Below are positions 7,716 through 16,464 of a DNA stretch of 24,601 nucleotides, piece after piece. Positions within the stretch are counted from its first letter, which is position 1, and every line of letters starts with the position of its first letter. The position numbers and the translations under genes are program-made. The stretch is from Chlamydiales bacterium (GTDB lineage Bacteria > Chlamydiota > Chlamydiia > Chlamydiales > JBDQID01): assembly GCA_047611865.1 (NCBI GenBank), contig JBLFWS010000034.1, forward strand, positions 1 to 24,601. Direction: 5' to 3'. Under the pieces are notes generated by a model. That model ran no database searches. It was given only the letters and a program-made list of their open reading frames with translations, and was not told the DNA's origin.

Positions 7716-8441
7716 TTAACTTTTTTGTTGATTGACTTTAGAGAGGGCGTTGAAAGCAGCACTTTGCTGAGCCTCCTTTTTTGAGGCTCCTTCACCAACT
7801 CCAGCGATTTCGTCGTTGATAGAAACGGAAATTTCGAAAACTTTACTGTGGTCGGGTCCTGTTTCTGTAAGAACTTTATAGCAGGGAGTTTCCTGGAAGC
7901 GTTTTTGAGCATAGTCTTGTAGCTCGGCTTTCCAGTTTCTGAGAGGTTCTTCGATGATTTTACTTATTTCTTCAGAAAAATTTTCAAAAAGAAAGCTTTT
8001 GGCAGCGTAGATCCCGCCATCTATATAGATGGCTCCGATGATAGCTTCGAAGAGGTCAGCAAGAATGGACTCTCTACCGCGGCCGTCATTCATTTTCTCG
8101 CCTTTACTTAAAAGCAGATGCTCTTCTACATCAAGTTTATTTATGTAGGAAACACATGAAATGGCTTCTACGAGGCGTGAACGAAGGTGAGATAAATCGC
8201 CTTCAGGTTTTTCTGGATAATCTTGAAAAAGGTAGGCTGCTGTGAGCATGCCCAGTACTGAATCTCCGAGGAATTCCAGCCGCTCATTATGAGTTTGAAT
8301 AACATTCCTGTTTTCATTGACAAAGGAGCGATGTACGAAAGCAAGAGCAAGTAAAGACTTATCTTTAAATTCATAGCCAATGCGAGACTCTATTTCTGAG
8401 GCATTATTGATGAGATTTTCTAAGGCGTTCATGGGAGTCAT
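7716..8441 (-). CDS. rnc: Ribonuclease III
   Basis: NERLEFLGDSVL signature, ADLFEAIIGAIYID and a C-terminal dsRBD (GPDHSKVF...SKKEAQQ). Confidence 0.97.
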   Translation of the reverse strand: MTPMNALENLINNASEIESRIGYEFKDKSLLALAFVHRSFVNENRNVIQTHNERLEFLGDSVLGMLTAAYLFQDYPEKPEGDLSHLRSRLVEAISCVSYINKLDVEEHLLLSKGEKMNDGRGRESILADLFEAIIGAIYIDGGIYAAKSFLFENFSEEISKIIEEPLRNWKAELQDYAQKRFQETPCYKVLTETGPDHSKVFEISVSINDEIAGVGEGASKKEAQQSAAFNALSKVNQQKS

Positions 8442-8620
8442 AGTAACAGAAAAAAGGCATTAATCGCCAATGAGCTTTTTTGAAAGTAGACAAATAATGA
8501 ATGTGGGAGTGCATTTTAAGACCTACTCTTCGACTGCTTTTAAAGGTTTCTTGAAATTTAGTCTGGGTTCCATTAAAATGTTTGAGCCGGTATAAATAAA
8601 ATACAAAAAAGTTGTTAAAT

Positions 8621-9349
8621 ATGCGATTCGCCCTACACAAAGACCATAGAAATTTTTTCCAAAGTAATGGTTGTATTGAATTTGAGGGGCTACTTTCTGA
8701 AAAAGAACTCTCAGAACTTAATCCAGCCATAGATTCCGTATTGGTCAAGCGATTGGGGACTACTGTTGAAAAATTGGAAAGATTTCCTTTTGAACAGACA
8801 TATTTATCCGGTAGAGATGTATCGCGAGAAAACGAGTTGATTAAACAAAGCGTATGTAAAAGTCGTTTGGCTGAAATTGCTTCACAGCTTTCAGGGATAA
8901 AGCCCCTTAGGCTAGCATATGATCAAACTCTTTTCTCCGGGTATAGAGATTCTTTGAAGGATCCGTCGAAAGACACTCCCTTCGGCCGCATGGTAGGGGA
9001 AGATTCATTTATCTTAAGTGATGTTAGTGGATTCCAGGGAGAGTTATGTGGCTTGATGCTTTGCCTTTCCGACCCGATAGTTGAATCTAAAGAAGAAAAT
9101 ACTGAGCTGGAGAAGAGTATTTTTTCTAATTCAGCAGGTAGTGGTGTTTTTTTCAATCAGGAAGCTTTAGTTTCTTATGCTCCTATATTACAAATACCCT
9201 ACCAACGTTATTTGTTGATTGTGTATGCGGAAAAACGATTATTTTATGCTCTTAGGGAAGGGGATCCAAATACTCATGAGCTTAAAAAATCCGGTTATGG
9301 ATTTGGAGATAAGCTTCACGGCAGTGATCACCCTATTGTCTATCCATAG
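8621..9349 (+). CDS. Chlamydial conserved protein, CT296/DcrA-like (2OG-Fe(II) dioxygenase-like fold)
   Basis: HRNFFQSNGCIEFEGLL N-terminus, GRD, PLRLAYDQ and the C-terminal LKKSGYGFGDKL...HP resemble chlamydial CT296 homologues; divergent from rnc as recalled for Chlamydia. Assignment from memory, not a search. Confidence 0.6.
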   Translation: MRFALHKDHRNFFQSNGCIEFEGLLSEKELSELNPAIDSVLVKRLGTTVEKLERFPFEQTYLSGRDVSRENELIKQSVCKSRLAEIASQLSGIKPLRLAYDQTLFSGYRDSLKDPSKDTPFGRMVGEDSFILSDVSGFQGELCGLMLCLSDPIVESKEENTELEKSIFSNSAGSGVFFNQEALVSYAPILQIPYQRYLLIVYAEKRLFYALREGDPNTHELKKSGYGFGDKLHGSDHPIVYP

Positions 9350-9368
9350 TATTTTATAACGGCCCTTT

Positions 9369-9392
9369 TATATCGAAACAAATTCAAGAATT
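9369..9392. repeat. End of a small dispersed repeat; inverted copy at 646-669
   Basis: TATATCGAAACAAATTCAAGAATT; 22/24 match to the reverse complement of 646-669. Confidence 0.7.
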
Positions 9393-9410
9393 GGTTCCGG
9401 CATACTTCGC

Positions 9411-9450
9411 TAGACTAATTCTCAAGTCTATTTTTTGTTTTTTTTGTTTT
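9411..9450 (+). terminator. Candidate intrinsic terminator after the CT296-like gene
   Basis: TAGACT-N8-AGTCTA stem followed by a long T-rich tract; the stem is weak. Confidence 0.4.
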
Positions 9451-9575
9451 CTATCTTATTTTCATGATATTCATCAATGAGTTTGTCGTTACATAAATAA
9501 CCACTGACCTCACTTCCGCTGTGGTGAATTGTGGAGTAAGGCCGATAAATGTCGTGAAAAGAATGGCATATTGGA

Positions 9576-9785
9576 GGCGTTGTTGCATAAAACATGCGTC
9601 TACAAGAGGCTTATGATTAACATTTTACCACCGATATCACAGAGGGCACAGAGAAAATAAAAAATCACAGATCAGTTGATAGCATATTCTGAGAGACTTT
9701 ATGCAATTTTCTATCTCTCTGTGCTCTCGGTGCTCTCTGTGTTTAAATAAATGATTGTAAACGTATTAAGTTATGCAACAACGGC
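9576..9785. mobile_element. 210-bp MITE copy 2, IS903-like ends, perfect 9-bp target duplication
   Basis: TIRs GGCGTTGTTGCATAA and TTATGCAACAACGGC; CATATTGGA at both 9567-9575 and 9786-9794; 11 substitutions relative to copy 1 by manual count; same orientation as copy 1. Confidence 0.95.
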
Positions 9786-9902
9786 CATATTGGATCTTAA
9801 TCTGGGGCTGAAGCTATTGTGTCGTAATCACAGGTTGAATTTAACCCATATTACCGATTATCTTTTGGTTTATATAGCATAAATATTTCTCCCGGATGTT
9901 CT

Positions 9903-10733
9903 ATGGCCTTTCTAAGAATTTTCTTATTAACCTTGTCCTTTGTTTTTTTTATCGAAGTTTCTGCATATGAAATTCCAGCACTGACTCTACGATATCCTTC
10001 AGGAAAAGCTTCGTTGCAAACTTTTACGACTTTAGTAGAAATGGAAACGGATTTACCGGGTTTCCTTTTGAGTGAAACAATTAAGCAAAAGGTTGTAGCT
10101 GAAGTGAGACTACTTGCAGATGGAGATAAAGAGGAGGGGGCTCTACCGAATCAGGTGGAAGTAGTTTTGAAAAGTTTGTCTGCTGAGATCCAAGGAAATG
10201 GAGTGAAAACTATTTTAGATACTGAGGGGAATAGTACTTCTTTGGAATTTGCGCAGTTAAAAGAGATACTTGATCGGCCTATTTTTTTTCGTTTAAGCCC
10301 GAATTTTTCTCTTGAGGAGAGTCCAGATCTAGCTTTGGTTCAAAAGGATTTCCCCCTTGCAGGAGAGTTTATTAATCACGAGATGTTTTCTGATATGTTT
10401 CAATACCTGTTTATTTTGGGTGGGCAGGAGCTTCGCCCGGGGATTAAATTGCCTCGGAAAAACGATATCGAAATTGACATTAACAGAGCGGATAGACGAG
10501 AAGTTCAAGCTACCTTCTTAGGGAATATAAGGAAAAAGGAAGGGGGGGGCTTGGATGAAAATGTGGGGTTATTTCAAGGAATTTTATCTGGAACGGGTTC
10601 TTGGCAAAGCGATAATGCATTGCTGTATCGGGTAAAGGTCCATCAGTCTTTGTCTGGTCTTTTAAAGAATGAGGGTGAATCTGTTCCAGTAAAAATGAAA
10701 ATCACTCATTGGATAGACTCAAAACCCTTGTAG
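9903..10733 (+). CDS. Hypothetical exported protein
   Basis: 276-aa ORF with a signal-peptide-like N-terminus (MAFLRIFLLTLSFVFFIEVSA) and a beta-rich-looking pattern; no family confidently recognised. Confidence 0.75.
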   Translation: MAFLRIFLLTLSFVFFIEVSAYEIPALTLRYPSGKASLQTFTTLVEMETDLPGFLLSETIKQKVVAEVRLLADGDKEEGALPNQVEVVLKSLSAEIQGNGVKTILDTEGNSTSLEFAQLKEILDRPIFFRLSPNFSLEESPDLALVQKDFPLAGEFINHEMFSDMFQYLFILGGQELRPGIKLPRKNDIEIDINRADRREVQATFLGNIRKKEGGGLDENVGLFQGILSGTGSWQSDNALLYRVKVHQSLSGLLKNEGESVPVKMKITHWIDSKPL

Positions 10734-10746
10734 TAAGGCGCTTGAA

Positions 10747-11121
10747 TTAGTTTGTGTCGTCAATTCGGCTGATGCGATTTACGATATCTCCCGAGAATTC
10801 TATATGGATGGAGAGGTAGGGGTAATTTAAAGACTCTAAAGGATAGAGGTCTTTTGGCTTTGGTGACTCTACCCAGTAATCCCAGATAGCTTTTTCTCCT
10901 ACTGTGGACATTTTGCTCGGTGAACCAATGGCTATGTATACCATGTTTTTCGTATATCCTTTCTCAACTTGGCCCTTTTTGATTTTTTCCTGGATATCTT
11001 TGGGGAATGCCAAGAAAAGCTCTTGATATTGCTCAATTCTTGCCTCTTGCTTATGACCAGAAGAGACTTGAGAATTAATAGAGAATAAAATAACGAGGAA
11101 CAATAAAAGGGTCTTTTTCAT
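10747..11121 (-). CDS. Small exported protein, SmpA/OmlA(BamE)-like domain
   Basis: Signal peptide MKKTLLLFLVILFS; GYTKNMVYIAIGSP...WDYW...IEFSGDIV pattern; RBS GGAG upstream. Confidence 0.6.
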   Translation of the reverse strand: MKKTLLLFLVILFSINSQVSSGHKQEARIEQYQELFLAFPKDIQEKIKKGQVEKGYTKNMVYIAIGSPSKMSTVGEKAIWDYWVESPKPKDLYPLESLNYPYLSIHIEFSGDIVNRISRIDDTN

Positions 11122-11319
11122 GCCATTCTCCTTTCAATTAATGTTATTATAGCATTATTAATAAAATGATGTAAGTAGTAAAAAACAAAACGTAAAGCTT
11201 TCTTTAAGATCATATGAAATACTTCTATGAGTGCATGTATATCTGTTCTCGAAGAATTTCCTCTGTAAAATTTAGTGGATTTGATATCCTTTTCTATTTT
11301 TAGAGGAGATCATTTTTTT

Positions 11320-12039
11320 ATGTGGGAAATTCTAGATACCGGAATGGCTAGTGCGGAAGTCAATATGAGATTGGATGGCGAGCTGTTAAGTAAAGTATCT
11401 ACTCGTAAAAATCCTGTTCTAAGGCTCTATTCTTGGCACGGGGATAGTGCTACGCATGGCTACTTTATTGAACCAGAAAAATTTTTAAATTCCGAGGCCA
11501 TAAAAGAAAGGGGTCTTAACCTTGCAAGAAGGCCAACAGGAGGAGGGATTATCTTTCACCTCTGTGACCTGGCATTTTCTGTGATTGTTCCTTCTACGGA
11601 TTCACGGTTTTCGCAAAACACTTTGGCTAATTATGCATTTATTAATAGTTTTGTAGCGACTGTGGTGAAAAAGTTTTTAGGAAAAGAGACCAAGATGGAT
11701 ATTTTGCCATTCGATTCCAAGGAATTAGATAAATCTTCTACACATTTTTGCATGGCAAGACCTACAAAGTACGATGTTATGGTTGATGGTAAAAAAGTTG
11801 GTGGCGCAGCCCAAAGAAAAACACGAGATGGTTTTTTGCATCAAGGTACGATTTCAATTGGTATGATGCCACAAGATTTCCTGGATGACATATTGTTGCC
11901 AGGAAGTAGAGTTAGTGAATCGATAGAACAAAATAGTTTTTCCCTTATAGGTAGTGACTGGACTCCAATGCAGCTATTTAAGGTACGAAAAGAAGTACGT
12001 AGGCTCTTGGTGCAAAGTTTTCTTGACGAGGAGATCTAA
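11320..12039 (+). CDS. Lipoate-protein ligase / octanoyltransferase family protein (LplA/LipM-like)
   Basis: NMRLD, LRLYSW, RRPTGGG, KKVGGAAQR and HQGTI motifs; ATG 11320 with AGGAG upstream. Confidence 0.9.
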   Translation: MWEILDTGMASAEVNMRLDGELLSKVSTRKNPVLRLYSWHGDSATHGYFIEPEKFLNSEAIKERGLNLARRPTGGGIIFHLCDLAFSVIVPSTDSRFSQNTLANYAFINSFVATVVKKFLGKETKMDILPFDSKELDKSSTHFCMARPTKYDVMVDGKKVGGAAQRKTRDGFLHQGTISIGMMPQDFLDDILLPGSRVSESIEQNSFSLIGSDWTPMQLFKVRKEVRRLLVQSFLDEEI

Positions 12040-12173
12040 GGAACACTTAAGAAATAACGTGTTTTTTTTGAGCGTTTCAGCACTTAATCTGCGGCGTTGC
12101 AAATTCTTGCTGTGATGTAAACCTAAGCTGCTGAAACACCCCAAAGCGTCTAAGTTATTTTTTAACGGTTCCC
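12039..12173. repeat. About 135-bp imperfect palindromic element (MITE-like)
   Basis: Ends AGGAACACTTAAGAAATAAC and GTTATTTTTTAACGGTTCCC (16/20 inverted match); inner arms GTTTCAGCACTTA and TAAGCTGCTGAAAC. Confidence 0.65.
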
Positions 12174-12301
12174 AACAGTCCCTAAATCCATTCATTTGTA
12201 TTATTTATGAAGGGCTTGCTTCCAAACATTTGAGTTAAATCCCGAAAATTTGCTAGCATCCCCTTTTCTAGTTTCTGGATTTTATTGAGGATTAACGATT
12301 A

Positions 12302-14731
12302 ATGTTAGGCTTTTTTAGGAAGTATCAGAAGATATTTTTCTTTTTTGTAACAGGAATAATTTTTGTTACGTTCATTTTTTTCGGCACCTTCCAAACCACT
12401 CCGCGTGATATAAGAAGTGACAAAACGGTCTTTAAGGCTGTAGACGGTAGCAATATAAGCCGTGGAGAAGTACAGGCTATGACAGTTTTTCTGTCTACTG
12501 ATGCAAGCGACCAAGAGTCTTGGGGAGTTATTTGGGGTCCAAATTTCCTTAATGATGGGGTAATTGCAAAGGATATGCTCCAGTCCGGTTTGGCACAAAT
12601 GCTTGCTAAAACATATATGGGAAATCTAAAAGAAGGTTTAGAGGTTCGTCAGAAGAAGGAAAAGGGCTATGTGCCCTATGAGCATCCTCAAGCGAATTTT
12701 CTTAGTAGTAGAAGCGTGTGGGCTTATTTTGCCCCTTCCTTAAATGATACCTATGATGAGCTACTACAGTCTTCTTCCAGATCGGATACAGAAAAGTTTG
12801 ATCTTCGGGTCAGATTATTTCTCGAAGAAAAGAAATTTCCCTCAGGTTTGTTAAGGCACGTATTGCGTTTGCAAGAGCAGCAGTATGGTTGGGTGAATCC
12901 TGATCCTTATCTTGGGAGTCAGGACCTTTCACTTTTTGGATACAAAACAGTTGAGGATTGGTTTGGCAGACGTTTTATGGAACTCGTTAGCCAGTTTATC
13001 ATCAATGCTTCAGCAATCGCTGAACAACGAGGATACGAAGTAAGTAAGGAAGAAGCTCTTGCTGACTTGATAGGCAACGGAGCTATCAGCTTTGAAAAAA
13101 ATAGGGACCGGGCCGGTATAGGAGTTACTAATAACTCGGATTACTTTAATGAGCAATTGCGTCGCCTCGGAATCGACAAGGCAGGAGCTGTAGCTGTATG
13201 GCGTAAGGTGATGCTATTTCGTCGCCTTTTTAACGATATCGGTAATGCAGTCTTTGTAGATGCTTTTTCTTATGAGAAATTTCAAGGTTATGCAAAAGAA
13301 AAAGTATTGGTCGACCTATACCAACTTCCCTCACCTTTGCGTATATCTGAATACCGAGACCTTCAGAAATTGGAAACGTACCTGGATATCGTATCTTCAA
13401 AGAAACGGACAGGGAAAATGGCTCTTGGACTCCCTGGGGATTTTCTTAGACCTGATGAGGTAGAGAGAGACTATCCAGAGCTTATCGCGAGGAGGTTTCT
13501 CCTTAGGGTAGCGCATGTAAATAAGTCTTCTTTGGAAATCCGAGTTGGACTAAAGGAAACCTGGAATTGGCAAATGCAAGATGAGAACTGGGGATTATTG
13601 GGAAAGTATTTCCCGGAATTGACAGTTTCTAAAGCCAAACTTCGTGAAGAGCGGTTTGCTGTGTTGGAAAATCTTGATGCCAACACCCGAATTAAGGTTG
13701 ATGCGTTTGCTAGAGAGACAATTGTCAATACACACCCTGAGTGGCTGAATGAAAGTCTTGAATTGGCAAAAGATAGAAATATTGAAGTCAATATCAGTTC
13801 GAGAGGTGGACTCCTTCCTTTCGAAGGCTTGCAGGAAAGAAAAAGCTTTATTGAATTATTGGACGTTGCTTCAAGAGTTGAAGGAGAGAAAAATATTCCC
13901 CAAGCTTTGGAAGCCGCAGAAGAGCTTTTACATTTTACAGCTAACAACAAGGATTACTATCGTATCGTCGTATTGGATCGTGATTCAGCCAAGAGAGTGT
14001 TGACCTTTGCTGAGGCAAAAGAAAACTTTGTCTTAGATGGTATTTTGGATGTAAGGCTCGAAGAACATTATAAGAAGATGCAGCGTAGAAGTTTGCCCAA
14101 AGTGTTTTTGACTGAAAAGTCTGCCGCTAGACCTTTTAATGAAGTAAAAGGCTTGGTTGCCGACGATATGTTTGGAGAGACTTTGCAAGCTATCTATAAT
14201 GATTACCTTTCAGTGGTGACAGACGAGGCGCAGACATCACAGGCATCAGGGAATTTCTGCGCTCCAAAAAGGCTTTTTTACTTTGTTCGCTTATTGAGAG
14301 ACTTAATGGAGGATGACCCAAAAAATGAAGATAAATTCCTTCAGGCAGCTGCTGTAAAGGTCGAGGAAGGCAGATTGCCGCCATTGCCAAGCCTTTCCAA
14401 CCAATGGAAGCTCGAAAGAGTTGAACAGGAAGTAGCAAGAAAGTCTCAAGAAGGTGTGGCTAGTGAAATGGCTTTTTCTCTGGAAAAGGATGTTTGGTCA
14501 AGGGTCTTCGCTCCAGCACATGGTGATATTCACTATTTCCAGGTTCGAGATCGCATTTTTGATGAAGGATCTGTTTTGGACAAAGTTGATGTTGGTCAAA
14601 AAGTACTTTCTAATGAGGCTCGCAGGTTTTTGATGGAGGATGTCTTGGAAACGATAACAAGCCTAGGGGCGATTTCTTTGGATGTACCTGCAGTAAGAGA
14701 CTCCGATGATCTTGAAGCAGAAGTAGAGTAA
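12302..14731 (+). CDS. Chlamydial conserved large membrane-anchored protein (CT283-like; N-terminus reminiscent of SurA_N/PpiD)
   Basis: 809 aa; MLGFFRKYQK followed by a TM helix, NFLNDGVI and LFGYKTVEDWFG; lies between the lipoate ligase and the gcv genes, as recalled for CT283. Confidence 0.7.
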   Translation: MLGFFRKYQKIFFFFVTGIIFVTFIFFGTFQTTPRDIRSDKTVFKAVDGSNISRGEVQAMTVFLSTDASDQESWGVIWGPNFLNDGVIAKDMLQSGLAQMLAKTYMGNLKEGLEVRQKKEKGYVPYEHPQANFLSSRSVWAYFAPSLNDTYDELLQSSSRSDTEKFDLRVRLFLEEKKFPSGLLRHVLRLQEQQYGWVNPDPYLGSQDLSLFGYKTVEDWFGRRFMELVSQFIINASAIAEQRGYEVSKEEALADLIGNGAISFEKNRDRAGIGVTNNSDYFNEQLRRLGIDKAGAVAVWRKVMLFRRLFNDIGNAVFVDAFSYEKFQGYAKEKVLVDLYQLPSPLRISEYRDLQKLETYLDIVSSKKRTGKMALGLPGDFLRPDEVERDYPELIARRFLLRVAHVNKSSLEIRVGLKETWNWQMQDENWGLLGKYFPELTVSKAKLREERFAVLENLDANTRIKVDAFARETIVNTHPEWLNESLELAKDRNIEVNISSRGGLLPFEGLQERKSFIELLDVASRVEGEKNIPQALEAAEELLHFTANNKDYYRIVVLDRDSAKRVLTFAEAKENFVLDGILDVRLEEHYKKMQRRSLPKVFLTEKSAARPFNEVKGLVADDMFGETLQAIYNDYLSVVTDEAQTSQASGNFCAPKRLFYFVRLLRDLMEDDPKNEDKFLQAAAVKVEEGRLPPLPSLSNQWKLERVEQEVARKSQEGVASEMAFSLEKDVWSRVFAPAHGDIHYFQVRDRIFDEGSVLDKVDVGQKVLSNEARRFLMEDVLETITSLGAISLDVPAVRDSDDLEAEVE

Positions 14732-14772
14732 ACGTAAAAACTTATCTGCTTAAATGGAAAGTCCAAGGGTTG

Positions 14773-14804
14773 TCAACCCGGGGTTCGAGTTAATCCCGGG
14801 TTGA
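14773..14804. repeat. GC-rich hairpin in the CT283-like/gcvT intergenic region
   Basis: TCAACCCGGG and CCCGGGTTGA form a perfect 10-bp stem, extendable inward by 3 pairs; no downstream U-tract on either strand. Confidence 0.6.
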
Positions 14805-14984
14805 ATAAAACAAACAATCCCTTTAAAACTTTCTATCGGATGTCGAAGAATTAAACGACTTCAAAATTTTAAATACCACAAAGGGGGCGGCGTTCTATTT
14901 TACCTGTTAGTATTGCGAGCCTCCTGTTTTAATAGGGAATATGCTTGCAACTTTGAGTGGTAAAGTCTCCACGCCGATAAGAAA

Positions 14985-16079
14985 ATGAAAACGGGACTTC
15001 ATGAAAATCATGTTGCGCTGGGAGCAAAAATTGTAGATTTTTCCGGTTGGAAAATGCCGCTGCAATATAGCAAAGGAATTAAGCAGGAACATATGGCTGT
15101 TCGAAAAGGTGTGGGCATCTTTGATGTTTCACATATGGGCCGTGTTCTCGTTCATGGAAAAGGAGCAGAAGCCCTCCTTGACTATGTATCTACCAACAAG
15201 ATCTTAGGCAAAAAGGATCGTGTAGCTACATATACTGTCTGGGCTTCAGAACATGGTGGCGTTGTTGATGATGTAATTATCTACCGTCGAAATGCAGGGG
15301 ATTTTTTTATAATCGTCAATGCAGGAAACCGCACAAAAGATTTAGATCACCTCATCAATGAAGCAAAATCGTTTGATGTCGAAATTACCGATCGCTATGA
15401 AGAAGATGGAATTCTTGCGATTCAAGGACCCAACTCCAGAGATCTTTTAATAGAACTTTTTCCGGAAGCAAAAGACCTTAAATATATGCGTTTCCTGGAC
15501 ATAGAGTATAAGGGAGAGAACATCGTACTTTCTCGTACAGGCTACACAGGGAATCTGGGATACGAATTTTATGCCTCGAATGCTTTGATTCGAAGCCTTT
15601 GGGAAGAACTTATGGTCAAGGGTGAAAAGTATGGAATTGAGCCTATAGGATTAGCTGCACGGGATACTTTACGACTTGAAATGGGTTATGCACTATATAG
15701 CCATGAACTAAGTGACCGCATTGCACCTACCGAGAGCGTTTCAGCTTGGACTGTAAAACTGGATAAAGAAAACTTTCTTGGGAAAGGGGCTCTCGAGCGT
15801 TTGGAGAAGAGCCCTGCTAAACGATCACAGTATGGCATCGTTATGCAAGAGAAAGGGATTGCTAGAGAGAGTTATGATGTTCTTAAAGCTGACAAAGTTA
15901 TTGGTACAGTGACTTCAGGAACGTTTTCCCCATGCCTAGATCAGGGAATTGGGATCATTCTGGTAGAGGGCAGGCTTGAAGAAGGCGATGAAGTGGACAT
16001 AAAAATTAGAAGACACCTGGTAAAGGCAAAAGTAACAGGGCTGCCTTTTATAGACCCTAAAGCTTATCAAAATAAATAG
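14985..16079 (+). CDS. gcvT: Glycine cleavage system aminomethyltransferase T
   Basis: FSGWKMPLQY, FDVSHMG, SRTGYTG, ARDTLRLEMG and VTSGTFSP motifs. Confidence 0.96.
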   Translation: MKTGLHENHVALGAKIVDFSGWKMPLQYSKGIKQEHMAVRKGVGIFDVSHMGRVLVHGKGAEALLDYVSTNKILGKKDRVATYTVWASEHGGVVDDVIIYRRNAGDFFIIVNAGNRTKDLDHLINEAKSFDVEITDRYEEDGILAIQGPNSRDLLIELFPEAKDLKYMRFLDIEYKGENIVLSRTGYTGNLGYEFYASNALIRSLWEELMVKGEKYGIEPIGLAARDTLRLEMGYALYSHELSDRIAPTESVSAWTVKLDKENFLGKGALERLEKSPAKRSQYGIVMQEKGIARESYDVLKADKVIGTVTSGTFSPCLDQGIGIILVEGRLEEGDEVDIKIRRHLVKAKVTGLPFIDPKAYQNK

Positions 16080-16094
16080 TTCATGAGGTGTAAA

Positions 16095-16454
16095 ATGAAG
16101 TTTACAGAATCCCACGAGTGGGTGGAAGTTAAGGATGAGATTGGTACTATTGGCATAACGGACCATGCTCAAGGTGAGTTGGGGGAAATCGTGTATGTGG
16201 AATTACCTGAGGTTGGACGAACCATTCTTTTGGGTGAAGAAGTGGTTGTGCTTGAATCGACGAAAGCAGCAGCAGATGTCTACATGCCTATTTCAGGTGA
16301 AATCGTTGAAGTAAACACCGCATTGGCAGACGCTTCTGAAATGATTAACAACTCTCCTGAAAAGGATGGTTGGATTTTTAAAGTCAAATTATCTCATCCT
16401 GAAGAATTTGATAGGTTGATGGATAGAGAGACCTACAAAAACTTCGTTTCTTAA
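16095..16454 (+). CDS. gcvH: Glycine cleavage system H protein
   Basis: SHEWV, GITDHAQGELG, lipoyl-Lys motif ESTKAA and GWIFK; RBS GAGGTG before ATG 16095. Confidence 0.96.
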   Translation: MKFTESHEWVEVKDEIGTIGITDHAQGELGEIVYVELPEVGRTILLGEEVVVLESTKAAADVYMPISGEIVEVNTALADASEMINNSPEKDGWIFKVKLSHPEEFDRLMDRETYKNFVS

Positions 16455-16464
16455 GGGACTTAAA

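Noticed and set aside
4824..9785. Composite transposon carrying hemD-hemC-radA-rnc-CT296 between the two MITEs
   Set aside because: Each MITE has its own separate 9-bp duplication and the outer flanks (GATTCATCT, CATATTGGA) do not match, so the insertions were independent.
457..9785. CRISPR array from the recurring arms and TIRs
   Set aside because: The repeats are dispersed and inverted, without regular spacers, and no cas genes are present.
14773..14804. tRNA or tRNA remnant (GGTTCGAG T-loop-like)
   Set aside because: No D-arm, anticodon arm or properly spaced T-stem; it is just a simple hairpin.
14934..14949. Sigma54 promoter (GG-N10-GC) before gcvT
   Set aside because: The spacing fits, but the -24 element AGGGAA is a poor match to TGGCAC; not supportable.
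14732..14984. Glycine riboswitch upstream of gcvT
   Set aside because: The conserved GGAGA, CCGAAG and CUCUCAGG elements were not found in the expected arrangement.
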